A DNA stretch of 32,057 bases from Halobacteriaceae archaeon. Lineage in GTDB: Archaea > Halobacteriota > Halobacteria > Halobacteriales > Halobacteriaceae. Position numbers and translations under genes: made by a program. Below, one piece after another: positions 7,984-17,185 of this stretch (the first letter of the stretch is position 1; each line of letters begins with the position of its first letter). Location: NCBI GenBank assembly GCA_042216675.1, contig JBDGTS010000054.1:1-32057 (forward strand), given 5' to 3'. The notes under the pieces are model-generated. The model was not told the DNA's origin. It worked only from the letters and a program-made list of their open reading frames with translations, and did not search any database.

Positions 7984-10052
7984 CGGGGCCCGACCGGTTC
8001 GACGGCATCCTCGAACGCCTCGACGAGTTTCCGGAGCGCGGCCCGAAGGTGCTGGTGGAACGTCGAGCGGGCGACGCCGAACGCGTCGGCCAGTTCGTCG
8101 CCGTCGGTCTCGCGAGGCCACTCGAAGTAGCCCGCCGCGACCGCCGTCGTGAGCACGCGGTGCTGTCGGTCGGTGAGCCGCTGTTCCACGTCGCTGACGA
8201 ACTCCGTCAGCGTCGTCTTCCGGTTCGAGCGCTCGCCGAAGCGGCGGATGTCCACCGACCCGTACGTCGCCCGGAGCTCGTCCACGAGCGCCCGCGCTGC
8301 CGTCTCCCGGCTTCCGCGGGCCACGACCGTCACTCCCGAGCCGTCGACGTGGAAGTCGGCCAAGCGGAGCCCGTGGTCGCCGACAGCGTCGACCAGCGGC
8401 AGGTCGGCCAGTCCGAACGCGAACAGGGGGTCCGAGTCGCGCTCGGCGATACAGTCCGCCGACCGGACGCCCGGGACGCTGTCGGCGGCGGCCCGGACGT
8501 CGCTCGCGGTCGCGTCGTCGACGGTGCAGAGCACCGCGCGCTCGTCGCCGTCCGGCACGACGCCCGCCTCTCGGAGCGTACAGCCCGTCCGTTCGGCTAG
8601 CTGCTGGAGCGGGAGCGACGACGCACCGACGGTGAACGCCACCTCGACGCCCGCGTCCGTCGTGAGCGAGCTCCGGCTGTCGATGGCGTTCAGGCCGATT
8701 CCGACGGTCCGGCCGATGGCCGCCAGCACCGACGGCTCCTCGCGCCCGAAGGTGGTCGCCTCGTCGGTGTACACACAGAACAGGCCGAACACCGTGTCGC
8801 GGTACGTCACCGGCACTGCGGCCACGTCGCTGACCGCTGGCCCCCAGTCGACGTCCGTCGCCACCGTGACAGTCTGGCTCTCGACCGCTTCGGTGAGGAG
8901 TGCGGGTTCCGGACGCGCCGCCTCCTCGACACCCGCCGCGGTTCCCCCGCCCGCCGCCAACCGGTCGCCACGTAGCGACACGTGGCCGAGCGAGTTGCCG
9001 GGGTCGTCCGACAGCGACGCGGCGGCGGTCCACTCCGGTTCGATCCGTTCTTCCGCGGGGTCGTACGTCCCCAGCCACGCGGCCGCGTACGCGTCGCCGA
9101 GCCGGTCACACACCGCTCGTCCCAGTTCGGGGCGGTCCTCGGCGGTGACCACGGCGCCCGTGACCTGCTCGACCACGCCGTCGAGCCGGTTCAACAGGCT
9201 CTGGAGGCTCTCGCGTTCCTCCGCAAGTTCCGCGCGGTGGCGCTCGGCGGCCCGTTCGGCCCGCTTCCGTCGTGTGATGTCGGCCTGAAAGCCGGCGTAG
9301 TGGGTGATCGTTCCCGTGGCGTCCCGAATCGGGGCCAACGACACCTCCTGCCAGAACAGGTCGCCGCTCCGGTCGTAGTTCCGGAGTTCGACCGTCACCG
9401 ACTCGCCGGCGCGGATCGCCTCGCGCATCCGCGCGACTGGCCTCTCCTCGGTCCGCGGGCCCTGCAGGAACCGGCAGTTCCGCCCGAGCGCCGCCTCGCG
9501 GTCGTAGCCGGTCTGTTCGACGAACTGGGCGTTGACGTACACCAGTGGATTGTCCGGCCGGCGCACGTCCGAGATGGTGATTCCCACGGGGGCCTCGTCG
9601 AGCACTCGCGCGGTCGAGAGTGCGGTTCCGTCGGTCTCCGCCTCGGGGAGCGCAGTTGACTCCCACGGGTCGCCGGTCGGCACGGGCCGCTCGTCGGCCG
9701 CGAGACACTCGCTGACGACGCCGATCAGGCCCGCGACCGGTTTCGGCCCCGTCGGTGGGTACGAGACGACGTTCTCGTCTTCGCGTCGTGGCGGCGCGTC
9801 CCCGACTACACAGCAGGGCAGGCCCTCGGCACGCGCCGCCGAGACGAGGTCCTCGACGGCCGCCGCGTCGTTCGTGACGACGAGTACGTCACCGCGGCCG
9901 TCTGCGATTCGCTGGAGTGCCCGCTCGGGAATTTCGGCACGGCTGACGACGAACCCGACCCGACGGAAGCGGTCACACAGGCGCTCGGCAGACCCGAGCG
10001 CCTCGTGTACGCTTCCGGCGACGAGTACGTGCGGTGTGCCAGCAGCAACCAT
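7977..10052 (-). CDS. bat: Bacterio-opsin activator-type regulator (degenerate REC-like N-terminus, PAS/LOV, GAF, C-terminal HTH)
   Basis: DNPLVYVN...TGY...GRNCRFLQG LOV signature, GAF-like region, C-terminal LTDRQ...AVAAGYFEWPRETDGDELA...STFHQHLRAA HTH; adjacent to bop. Confidence 0.9.
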   Translation of the reverse strand: MVAAGTPHVLVAGSVHEALGSAERLCDRFRRVGFVVSRAEIPERALQRIADGRGDVLVVTNDAAAVEDLVSAARAEGLPCCVVGDAPPRREDENVVSYPPTGPKPVAGLIGVVSECLAADERPVPTGDPWESTALPEAETDGTALSTARVLDEAPVGITISDVRRPDNPLVYVNAQFVEQTGYDREAALGRNCRFLQGPRTEERPVARMREAIRAGESVTVELRNYDRSGDLFWQEVSLAPIRDATGTITHYAGFQADITRRKRAERAAERHRAELAEERESLQSLLNRLDGVVEQVTGAVVTAEDRPELGRAVCDRLGDAYAAAWLGTYDPAEERIEPEWTAAASLSDDPGNSLGHVSLRGDRLAAGGGTAAGVEEAARPEPALLTEAVESQTVTVATDVDWGPAVSDVAAVPVTYRDTVFGLFCVYTDEATTFGREEPSVLAAIGRTVGIGLNAIDSRSSLTTDAGVEVAFTVGASSLPLQQLAERTGCTLREAGVVPDGDERAVLCTVDDATASDVRAAADSVPGVRSADCIAERDSDPLFAFGLADLPLVDAVGDHGLRLADFHVDGSGVTVVARGSRETAARALVDELRATYGSVDIRRFGERSNRKTTLTEFVSDVEQRLTDRQHRVLTTAVAAGYFEWPRETDGDELADAFGVARSTFHQHLRAALRKLVEAFEDAVEPVGPRT

Positions 10053-10293
10053 AGATGAACGTGTAAGTATGGGGGCACCGATGGAAAGGTGTTGCCCACG
10101 TTCGGGCGCGGCGTGCCGAGGCCGCCCACCACGGCTACAGCGAGGCGCATCCGGCGATTCACGCGGCCGAGCGAGGTGGCTCCGTCGCAGTTTTGCACCT
10201 CACTGTCCACGAGTCGGAATACGGCGGTCCGCTCGCCGACGGCTACGGGTCCGTCGCCACACCGCTCGCGCTCCTCGCACTCGGCGTCGGCCT

Positions 10294-10821
10294 CGGCAGG
10301 AGTGTGAGAGCGAGCACCTCGAGCCGGTGGCCCGGGCGCACGAGCGGATGACCGAACTGATCGACGACCTCCTGACGCTGGCGCGTGAGGGCCAGACCGC
10401 GACTGACACGACGAAACTCGATCTCGCGACGCTCGCCGAGGACTGCTGGGCGACCGTCGACACGGCGGACGCCACGCTCTCGGTCGAGACGATGGGGCGA
10501 ATCAGCGCCAACGAGAGCCAGCTGCGGGAACTCTTCGAGAACCTCTTCCGGAACGCCGTCGCGCACGGCGGCGACGATGTCTGCATCACCGTCGGCGAAA
10601 GCGACGGCGCGCTGTACGTCGAGGACGACGGCCCCGGCGTCCCGCCCGAGGACCGTGAGCAGGTGTTCGAGACCGGGTACTCGACGAGCGAGGATGGGAC
10701 CGGCTTGGGGCTGACCATCGTTCAACAGGTCGCCCGCGCACACGACTGGGACGTCACCGTGACAGCGGGTAGCGACGGGGGCGCGCGCTTCGAGATTACT
10801 GGCGTCAGTAGCCTCGCCTGA
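10294..10821 (+). pseudogene. N-terminally truncated sensor histidine kinase (HATPase_c domain only)
   Basis: Has EHLEPVARAHERMTELIDDLL, N box LFENLFRNAVAHG, G1 YVEDDGPG, F box and G2 GTGLGL. No H box (SHDLRNPL-type) or sensor domain upstream in frame. Possible ATG at 10348. Confidence 0.75.
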
Positions 10822-10997
10822 GGCGACGACCGGGGTCGCCACGGCGGCGCGCGAACCGACGCCTCTCTCCTGTACAGACTCGTGACGTGCCGGGGAGGGC
10901 GGCCGGTTCGACCGCCGGGGCCGTGTTCGCTCGTCCCTCCCGGTGCCGGCGTGTGGAATCGCCGCGGACGTGTCCTCTCTGTCGCCGGTGTGACCGC

Positions 10998-12179
10998 TCA
11001 CCTCAGCGCGTCTCGCATCGCCGCGACGCCCGCGTCGGGGTCCACGTCGGCGCCCTGCCTGTCGAGGGCGTCGCCGAGGGCGGCCAGCAGGTACGCGACG
11101 TTCTTCTTCCGGGCGGAGTGGCCCATACAGCCGATGCGGAAGATGTCGCCCTCGAGGTCACCGAGACCGCTGGCGATTTCGAGGTCGTACTCGTCGATGA
11201 GGTGGTCGATGACGGCGCCGTCGTCCACCCCGTCGGGCACCCGAACGGCGTTGAGGCTGGGCAGCCAGTAGTCGTCATCGGCGTTCATCTCCAAGCCCAT
11301 GGCCTCGACGCCGGCTTTCAGGCCACCCGCGATGGTGCGGTGACGGGCCCATCGCTCCTCGATGCCCTCCTCGGCGACGAGGCGGAGCGCCTCCCGAAGC
11401 GCGTACACGTTCGTGATGGGCGCGGTGTGGTGGTACGCGCGCTCCTCGCCCCAGTACCCCTCCAGCAGCGAGAGGTCGAGGTACCACGAGCGCACGTCCG
11501 TCTCGCGCGCGAGGACCTTCTCCATGGCCTCGTCGGAGAGCGTGAGCGGACTCGCACCGGGCGGGCAGGAGAGACACTTCTGCGGGCCGGCGTAGGCCAC
11601 GTCCACGTCCCACGCGTCCGCGCGGAACTCCACGCCGCCGATGGACGTGACGGTGTCCGCGACGACGAGCGCGCCGTGGTCGTGCGCGATGTCGGTGAGT
11701 TCAGGGACCGACGGCTGGAGGACGCCGGTCGACGTCTCCGCGTGGACGAAGCCAAACAGGTCCGGGTCGTACTCCTCGAACGCTCGCCGCACGCCGGCCG
11801 GGTCGAGTGGCTCACCCCACGGCGCCTCGACGCGCACCACGTCGCCGCCGGCGCGGCGGGCCATCGACGCCATCCGGTCGCCGAAGTAGCCGTTCGTGGG
11901 GACGAGCATCGTGTCGCCGGGTTCGACGAGGTTGCCGATGGCGGCCTCCATCGCCGCCGACCCCGTGCCCGAGACGGGAATCGTCCACTCGTTCTCGGTG
12001 CGGAACGTGTACCGGAGGAGGTCCTGCACCTCGTCCATCACCTCGATGAACGCCGGGTCGAGGTGCCCGACCAGCGGCGTACTCATCGCGCGCAGCACCC
12101 GCGGGTGCACGTCGCTCGGTCCCGGCCCCATCAGCGTCCGCTCCGGTGGCGTCAGTTCGCCGACGTCTGGTGCCTCCAT
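10998..12179 (-). CDS. Class V PLP-dependent aminotransferase (alanine-glyoxylate/serine-pyruvate family)
   Basis: LMGPGPS, SGTGSAAMEA, VHAETSTGV, DTVTSIGG, GPQKCLSCPPG (PLP lysine), YHHTAP, FRIGCMG. Start set at ATG 12179. Confidence 0.93.
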   Translation of the reverse strand: MEAPDVGELTPPERTLMGPGPSDVHPRVLRAMSTPLVGHLDPAFIEVMDEVQDLLRYTFRTENEWTIPVSGTGSAAMEAAIGNLVEPGDTMLVPTNGYFGDRMASMARRAGGDVVRVEAPWGEPLDPAGVRRAFEEYDPDLFGFVHAETSTGVLQPSVPELTDIAHDHGALVVADTVTSIGGVEFRADAWDVDVAYAGPQKCLSCPPGASPLTLSDEAMEKVLARETDVRSWYLDLSLLEGYWGEERAYHHTAPITNVYALREALRLVAEEGIEERWARHRTIAGGLKAGVEAMGLEMNADDDYWLPSLNAVRVPDGVDDGAVIDHLIDEYDLEIASGLGDLEGDIFRIGCMGHSARKKNVAYLLAALGDALDRQGADVDPDAGVAAMRDALR

Positions 12180-12409
12180 GACGTCTGCCGGTGGTACACG
12201 GGCGTGCAAAAAGATACCGTGCCGGCCGGCGCCGAGTCACGACGAGGCTCGCACCAAGAACGGGACGAAGATACACCGAGTCGACAGCGAATCCCGCTGC
12301 CCATCCGTTCGGGATAATCGAAATGGCGACGTGAACGGCGCCATGGAGCGCCCTCAGCGGGAAATGGCCACCTACGCGGCGAGAACATACTGCCGTCGCC
12401 CCATCGAAG

Positions 12410-13225
12410 TCAGGTCGACCACTCCATCCGTGGGGTCGTTTCGTCTGCGCCGCTCGCGTATCGCTCTGCGAGCCACTCTTCCCACGTGACTGTCCCGACC
12501 GTGTGTTCAGAACACGTCGCGTGACCTCGCCGAAACGCCGCCACCGTCTCGTTGGGAATCGGGACCCGGACGACTGGTCGTCGGAGGCCGCGTGCGTCGC
12601 GGTACGACCGCGCGAGGTCGCCGACGGAGTGGACCTCGGGGCCACCGACCGGGTCGACGCGACCCCTCGCAGTCCGCGTCGCGTGGTCCACGATGACGTC
12701 CGCGACCTCGCCTACGTCGACGGGCTGCACTTGCATCGTCGTCGGGAGCGGCCACACCGGGAGTTTCGCCACCATGCCCAGCATCTCCGCGACGAAGGCG
12801 TGAAACTGCGTCGCGCGGACAATCGTCGACGGCACGGCGCTCTCCTCGACGGCCGTCTCGGCGGTGGCCTTGTGGTCGTAGTACGAGAACGGGACGTCGT
12901 CGATGCCGACGATGGAGGGGTAGACGACGTTCGCCACGCCGCCCCTTTCGGCCGCGTCGAGTAGCCGGCGCGTTCCGCGCACGTCGACGGCTTCGGTGTC
13001 GCCCTGTGGCGCCGTCGCCGCGTGGACGACGACGTCCACGTCGTCGAGTGCCGATTCGAGACTCGCGTCGTCGGTCACGTCGAGCCGTATCCAGTCGCCG
13101 TCGTCCGCGGTCTCCTCCGGCGGCGACCGACTCGCCGCCCGGACGGCGTGTCCCGCCGCCGTGAGTCGGGGGCGGAGCGCCGTTCCCAGCGTCCCCGTCG
13201 CGCCCGTCACGAGTGTTCGGACCAT
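12410..13225 (-). CDS. Atypical SDR / NAD(P)-binding oxidoreductase
   Basis: MVRTLVTGATGTLG Rossmann motif, YYDHK, IVRATQFH, QPVDVGEVA. Start set at ATG 13225; the ORF-track extension is the antisense of the neighbouring gene. Confidence 0.88.
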   Translation of the reverse strand: MVRTLVTGATGTLGTALRPRLTAAGHAVRAASRSPPEETADDGDWIRLDVTDDASLESALDDVDVVVHAATAPQGDTEAVDVRGTRRLLDAAERGGVANVVYPSIVGIDDVPFSYYDHKATAETAVEESAVPSTIVRATQFHAFVAEMLGMVAKLPVWPLPTTMQVQPVDVGEVADVIVDHATRTARGRVDPVGGPEVHSVGDLARSYRDARGLRRPVVRVPIPNETVAAFRRGHATCSEHTVGTVTWEEWLAERYASGADETTPRMEWST

Positions 13226-13309
13226 AGCCGGCGATTCGGGTCCACGTTCCGAGTCGTTACTGCCGAGTCTGCGCGGCGGGTTTAAGTGATAGAGTGCGTA
13301 TCGTCGCGC

Positions 13310-13966
13310 GTGAAACACGTCCGCGTTCGGCTCACGGCCCACGGACGGGCGGGCGACATCCATCCGATGTACGGCGTCATGACCGAGGCGCCGTTCGTCG
13401 AGCGAGCGACGGCCGTCCAGTGGAACTACACCGGCGACGCGCTCGGTATCCTGCACTACGTCGTGGGTGATGCCGACGCGCTCGAACGGGCGATGCAGGA
13501 CATTCCCGAAGTCGTCGGCTACGACGTCGAGCGCATCGACGAGCGGTCCTGCTACGTCTACGTCCGGGACGCGACGACGGAGTCGCTCCGGGAGATGTTC
13601 GGCCCCATCTCGTCCGGTGGCTTGGTCGTCGTCCCGCCCATCGAGTACGAGCCGGACGGGACGGTGCTGGTCTCGATATTCGGTCCCGAGGACGAACTCC
13701 AGGCCGCCGTCGAGCGCATGGACGTGCCGGTGGACGTGACCATCGAGGCCGTGGGCGGCCTCGCCGAGACGACGGCGGCCGTCGAGGCGCGCCTCACCGA
13801 CCGCCAACGCGAAGTCGCCGAGACGGCGACAGAACTGGGCTACTACGACGTGCCTCGGACTGCCAGTCAGGCGGACGTCGCCGCCGAACTGGACTGCGCG
13901 CCGAGCACTGTCGCCGAGCACTTGCGGAAGGCCGAAGCGCGGCTCCTCCGCGCGCAGTTTCGGTGA
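13310..13966 (+). CDS. Bat-type HTH (HTH_10) transcriptional regulator
   Basis: C-terminal LTDRQREVAETATELGYYDVPR...STVAEHLRKAE. GTG at 13310 is about 25 nt after TTTAAG (13281-13286); divergent from the SDR gene. Confidence 0.88.
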   Translation: MKHVRVRLTAHGRAGDIHPMYGVMTEAPFVERATAVQWNYTGDALGILHYVVGDADALERAMQDIPEVVGYDVERIDERSCYVYVRDATTESLREMFGPISSGGLVVVPPIEYEPDGTVLVSIFGPEDELQAAVERMDVPVDVTIEAVGGLAETTAAVEARLTDRQREVAETATELGYYDVPRTASQADVAAELDCAPSTVAEHLRKAEARLLRAQFR

Positions 13967-13979
13967 CGCGGTGTCGGCC

Positions 13980-14828
13980 CTACTCCTGAATCTGAATCGT
14001 CGCCGTCCTCCGGTCGCCGTCGCGCCACCGGAGTTTGAACTCGGCTGCCCGGCCGACGGCGTCGTCGTCCGTGGCGCGATACTCGTGTGTCCACGTCGCG
14101 GTGCCGCCCGGGTCGACGTCGAGGTACACGCTCGCCACCGGCACGTAGGCGACGAGCGGGCCCGAGCGATTGAGGCCGGCCACGAACGTCCCCGTATTCT
14201 CGCCGACGTTCTCGACGGTCAGGCTGACAGTCGCTGTCTCGCCCAGTGACACCGAGGACGGCGCCGTGAACTCCGTCACCTCGAACGTCGTCGGCGGACG
14301 GGCCAGCCGCTCGATGGCGGCCGATTCGAGTGCGTGTTCACCGCCGGGCCACTGGAGCGTCGCCGAACGCACGTCGAGGGGCTTCGGCAGGACGAACAGG
14401 ACGTAGCCCTCGGTGCCTGACTCGTGGGGGTAGCTGGTCCTGTCCAGATACACCCCGCGGTAGAAGTTGTTGCTCTCGATGTCCTCCGGGGCGTGTGTCG
14501 TGTCGCCAGCCACGAGCGAGAAGTCCTCGTAGGCGACGGTGCCGGCGACGCTGGCGACGACGAACTGCTCGTCCCGCGCGCCGACGGTTCCCACCGCGTC
14601 GGCCGTGGTCAGCGCCACGAGAAACGGGGTGACCAACACGTCGCGCACGCTCGCCTCACCAGTCGTCGTTGGTGTCGACGTCGACGTCGCCGTCTCGGTG
14701 GGCGTTGCCGTCGCCGTTGCTGTCTCCGTCGCCGATTCGGGCGCACCGTTACCGCCTTCGAGGGCCGTGCATCCGGCGAGCAGTGGGATGACCGCGCTCC
14801 CGAACGTCAGCAGGTCGCGGCGCTCCAT
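13980..14828 (-). CDS. Tat-exported lipoprotein with Thr-rich linker and C-terminal Ig/CARDB-like domain
   Basis: MERRDLL twin-arginine motif, LAGC lipobox, ATETATATATPTET linker, VSLTVENVG beta-sandwich motif. Confidence 0.82.
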   Translation of the reverse strand: MERRDLLTFGSAVIPLLAGCTALEGGNGAPESATETATATATPTETATSTSTPTTTGEASVRDVLVTPFLVALTTADAVGTVGARDEQFVVASVAGTVAYEDFSLVAGDTTHAPEDIESNNFYRGVYLDRTSYPHESGTEGYVLFVLPKPLDVRSATLQWPGGEHALESAAIERLARPPTTFEVTEFTAPSSVSLGETATVSLTVENVGENTGTFVAGLNRSGPLVAYVPVASVYLDVDPGGTATWTHEYRATDDDAVGRAAEFKLRWRDGDRRTATIQIQE

Positions 14829-14891
14829 TAGTTGCGATGCTGACGAGTCTCGCCATAAGTTTTCGGGCCCGCGCCCGAGGGCCGCGACTGC

Positions 14892-15056
14892 TCACGTCCG
14901 CTTGCGCGGCTCCTCGATGCGCTGCTCCAAGTCGTCGATGGCCTCCTGCACTTCGCGGCGTGCTTTGTCGCTCATCTCGTCGGCTTCGTTCGCGGCCGAT
15001 TCGAACCGGTCACGGACGCGTTGGAGCGCGTCGTCGGTCCTGTCGTCGTCGCTCAT
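14892..15056 (-). CDS. Small acidic helical hypothetical protein (54 aa)
   Basis: MSDDDRTDDALQRVRDRFESAANEADEMSDKARREVQEAIDDLEQRIEE...; acidic halophilic composition; fills the gap between artA and the lipoprotein. Confidence 0.65.
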   Translation of the reverse strand: MSDDDRTDDALQRVRDRFESAANEADEMSDKARREVQEAIDDLEQRIEEPRKRT

Positions 15057-15115
15057 GGTCCGTCTCGACCGTGTAGCGCGCGCTCGGATAAAACAGCGGG
15101 CAAAGTGGTGTTCCG

Positions 15116-16042
15116 TCACTCCGGCCCGCCCAAGCGCTCGCCCACGTCGATTTCGCGGCCGGTGAGCAGGTAGGCCACCTCCTCGACGTAGACGGTCAGG
15201 CCCGGCAGATAGCGCAACAGCCCCCAGATCATCGCCAGCAAGACGACGACGGAGAGGCTCTGGGCGATGATGCGGTCGGCCCAGTAGTAGGACACCATGA
15301 TGGGGCGCGTCGTGCCGAACGCCGCCATCGTCTGCGGGACGAAGATCTGGAACCACTGCTTGCTGAAGCCGAGGACGATGAACGCGACGCGGACGATGTT
15401 CAGGCCGTAGATGACGGGCACGACCACCGCCAGCGCCGCGAGGCGCTTGCGGAGCGGTTCCCGAACGGCGAGCACCAGCCCCGATACTGTCGCGATGGAG
15501 CCGATGCCCGAACACGCCAGCAGGACGGGAGTGACCCACTCCGCGGGCGGGTTGCCCGGTTCGACGATCATCAACACGCCCTGATAGCCGCGGTCCACCG
15601 CCGACGCCTCCGCGTCGGAGGCGATGATGGGGTCGAAGCCCAACTGCTCGACGAGCCACGCCGAGTGGACGGTCACCGTCTCGACGGTGTACTGCCGGAG
15701 CGGTTCGATGGTCTGGAAGGGCAGGTAGATGAGGCCCATCACCGCGATGGCCCGCGAGAGGAAGAGCAGCGACGGGCGCCGCGTCCAGACGAGGTAACCG
15801 ACGTAGAGCGAGAGCGGGGCCGCAATCGCGGACCCGGCGCTCTCGATGAACGACTTCTGGACGAAGGCGTAGTGGGGCACCAACAGCGCCCAGAAGACGC
15901 CGAACGCGAGCCACGTCACGCCCGCGACGCCCCGTGCAGCGCGTTCCGCCCGGGGGCGCTCGCCGGCCACGTCGAGGGCGGCGCTCGCCGCGAAGCCGAC
16001 GACGACGACCCACGCGAGCGCATCGGTGACTGGCGTCGCCAT
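15116..16042 (-). CDS. artA: Archaeosortase A
   Basis: Multi-TM protein with catalytic LACSGIGS cysteine, LNIVR arginine, VPHYAFVQKSFIE and SYYWADRIIAQSL segments characteristic of haloarchaeal ArtA. Confidence 0.9.
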   Translation of the reverse strand: MATPVTDALAWVVVVGFAASAALDVAGERPRAERAARGVAGVTWLAFGVFWALLVPHYAFVQKSFIESAGSAIAAPLSLYVGYLVWTRRPSLLFLSRAIAVMGLIYLPFQTIEPLRQYTVETVTVHSAWLVEQLGFDPIIASDAEASAVDRGYQGVLMIVEPGNPPAEWVTPVLLACSGIGSIATVSGLVLAVREPLRKRLAALAVVVPVIYGLNIVRVAFIVLGFSKQWFQIFVPQTMAAFGTTRPIMVSYYWADRIIAQSLSVVVLLAMIWGLLRYLPGLTVYVEEVAYLLTGREIDVGERLGGPE

Positions 16043-16093
16043 GTGCAAGTGAAACGCCGACCGGACGCAAATGTGTGACGATTGTGGCGACGC

Positions 16094-17107
16094 TCAGCGC
16101 CGTCTCGCGCGGGGACTCTGGCCGCCGTGTGGCGTCTCGCGCTCCCGAATCGACACGTCGTGGACTCGCTCGGTCCGGTCGTCGAGAACGACGGCTTCGC
16201 CGGGCGACTCCGGAATTCGGTCCGCCAGCGACTCCCGCAGATACGTCGGCCGCGCGGCCGCCAACGCGTCGAGGTCGGTGCGCGCAGTCAGCCGATGTGC
16301 GACCACGAGGTCCGCCTGCGACGGTGCCACCTCGGGGAGCGCGCCCGGCCGCTGGGTCGCCAACAGCACGCTCACCCCGGGCTGACGGCCGCGCGTCAGG
16401 AGCGTCCGAAGCCCGTCCCACGCCACGCCGTCGGCGAACGCGTGCGCCTCGTCGACGAGGAGCCACGGGAGCGGCCCCGACCCGGCGAGCGCTGCGTCGT
16501 AAGTGGCCGCCGCGACGGCCCGCAGAACGGCGTTCGCCGCCGGCCGCGATGTCCCTCCGAGGTTCAACACCGTCACGCCGCCGTCGAGCCACGTCGACAC
16601 GGCCGCCTCATCGCCGAAGACGTCCCACGACTCCGCGAGGGCGAGGTGGTTGTGCGCCGCGCGAGTCACGTCGGCCGGCGCTTCGGCCGTCGCGACGGCT
16701 TCCCGCATCGCGACGAGACTGTCGCCTGCGTCGGCCGCCCGCCACAAGAGTGACCCCACCGCCGACGCCGGATCGAGGTCGAGGACGTCACACCACGCCC
16801 GCGGCGGGAGGTCGCCGGCACTCACGCGTGGGTCGACGACGCGAACCCCCTTCGCGGCCGCCAGCGTGTCGAATGCGCCCATCGGGTCCACGACGAGGCC
16901 GGTGACGCCCGCGGCGGCCGCGATTTCCTCGGCGACGACCCCGAGCGTGTACGACTTGCCGGTGCCGCGCTTGCCGACCACCAACCCCGCGTGCGGGCGG
17001 TCGAGGTCTAACGCCACCTGTGCGCCGACGCTCCCGTCCGGCGCCCGGTGGTGGCCGAGCGCCGCGGTCGGTCCGTCGTCGCTCTCGCGCCCGAGTACGT
17101 GTGGCAT
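16094..17107 (-). CDS. HerA/FtsK-superfamily (DUF87-like) ATPase
   Basis: HAGLVVGKRGTGKS Walker A, VVDPMG, LLVDEAH Walker B, RGRQPG...ATQRP. Start set at ATG 17107. Confidence 0.87.
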   Translation of the reverse strand: MPHVLGRESDDGPTAALGHHRAPDGSVGAQVALDLDRPHAGLVVGKRGTGKSYTLGVVAEEIAAAAGVTGLVVDPMGAFDTLAAAKGVRVVDPRVSAGDLPPRAWCDVLDLDPASAVGSLLWRAADAGDSLVAMREAVATAEAPADVTRAAHNHLALAESWDVFGDEAAVSTWLDGGVTVLNLGGTSRPAANAVLRAVAAATYDAALAGSGPLPWLLVDEAHAFADGVAWDGLRTLLTRGRQPGVSVLLATQRPGALPEVAPSQADLVVAHRLTARTDLDALAAARPTYLRESLADRIPESPGEAVVLDDRTERVHDVSIRERETPHGGQSPRARRR

Positions 17108-17185
17108 ACCGGGCGTGGCCCGGCTCTCGCATTTCAAACCGCGGTCCGGGGGTTCAAGTGCGAGAGCGGGACCAGCCAGCGGTGC

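Noticed and set aside
9532-10293. 429-aa plus-strand ORF as a full-length sensor kinase
   Set aside because: Its N-terminal part is antisense to bat and Arg/Ser-rich; kinase similarity only begins near 10294.
3807-10821. Integrated element at tRNA-Asp carrying the rhodopsin cluster
   Set aside because: No integrase, no distal att copy seen by eye beyond 4075, and composition looks host-like.
14660-14735. Short GTCGCC/GTTGCC-type tandem repeats
   Set aside because: They encode the Thr/Ala linker of the lipoprotein.
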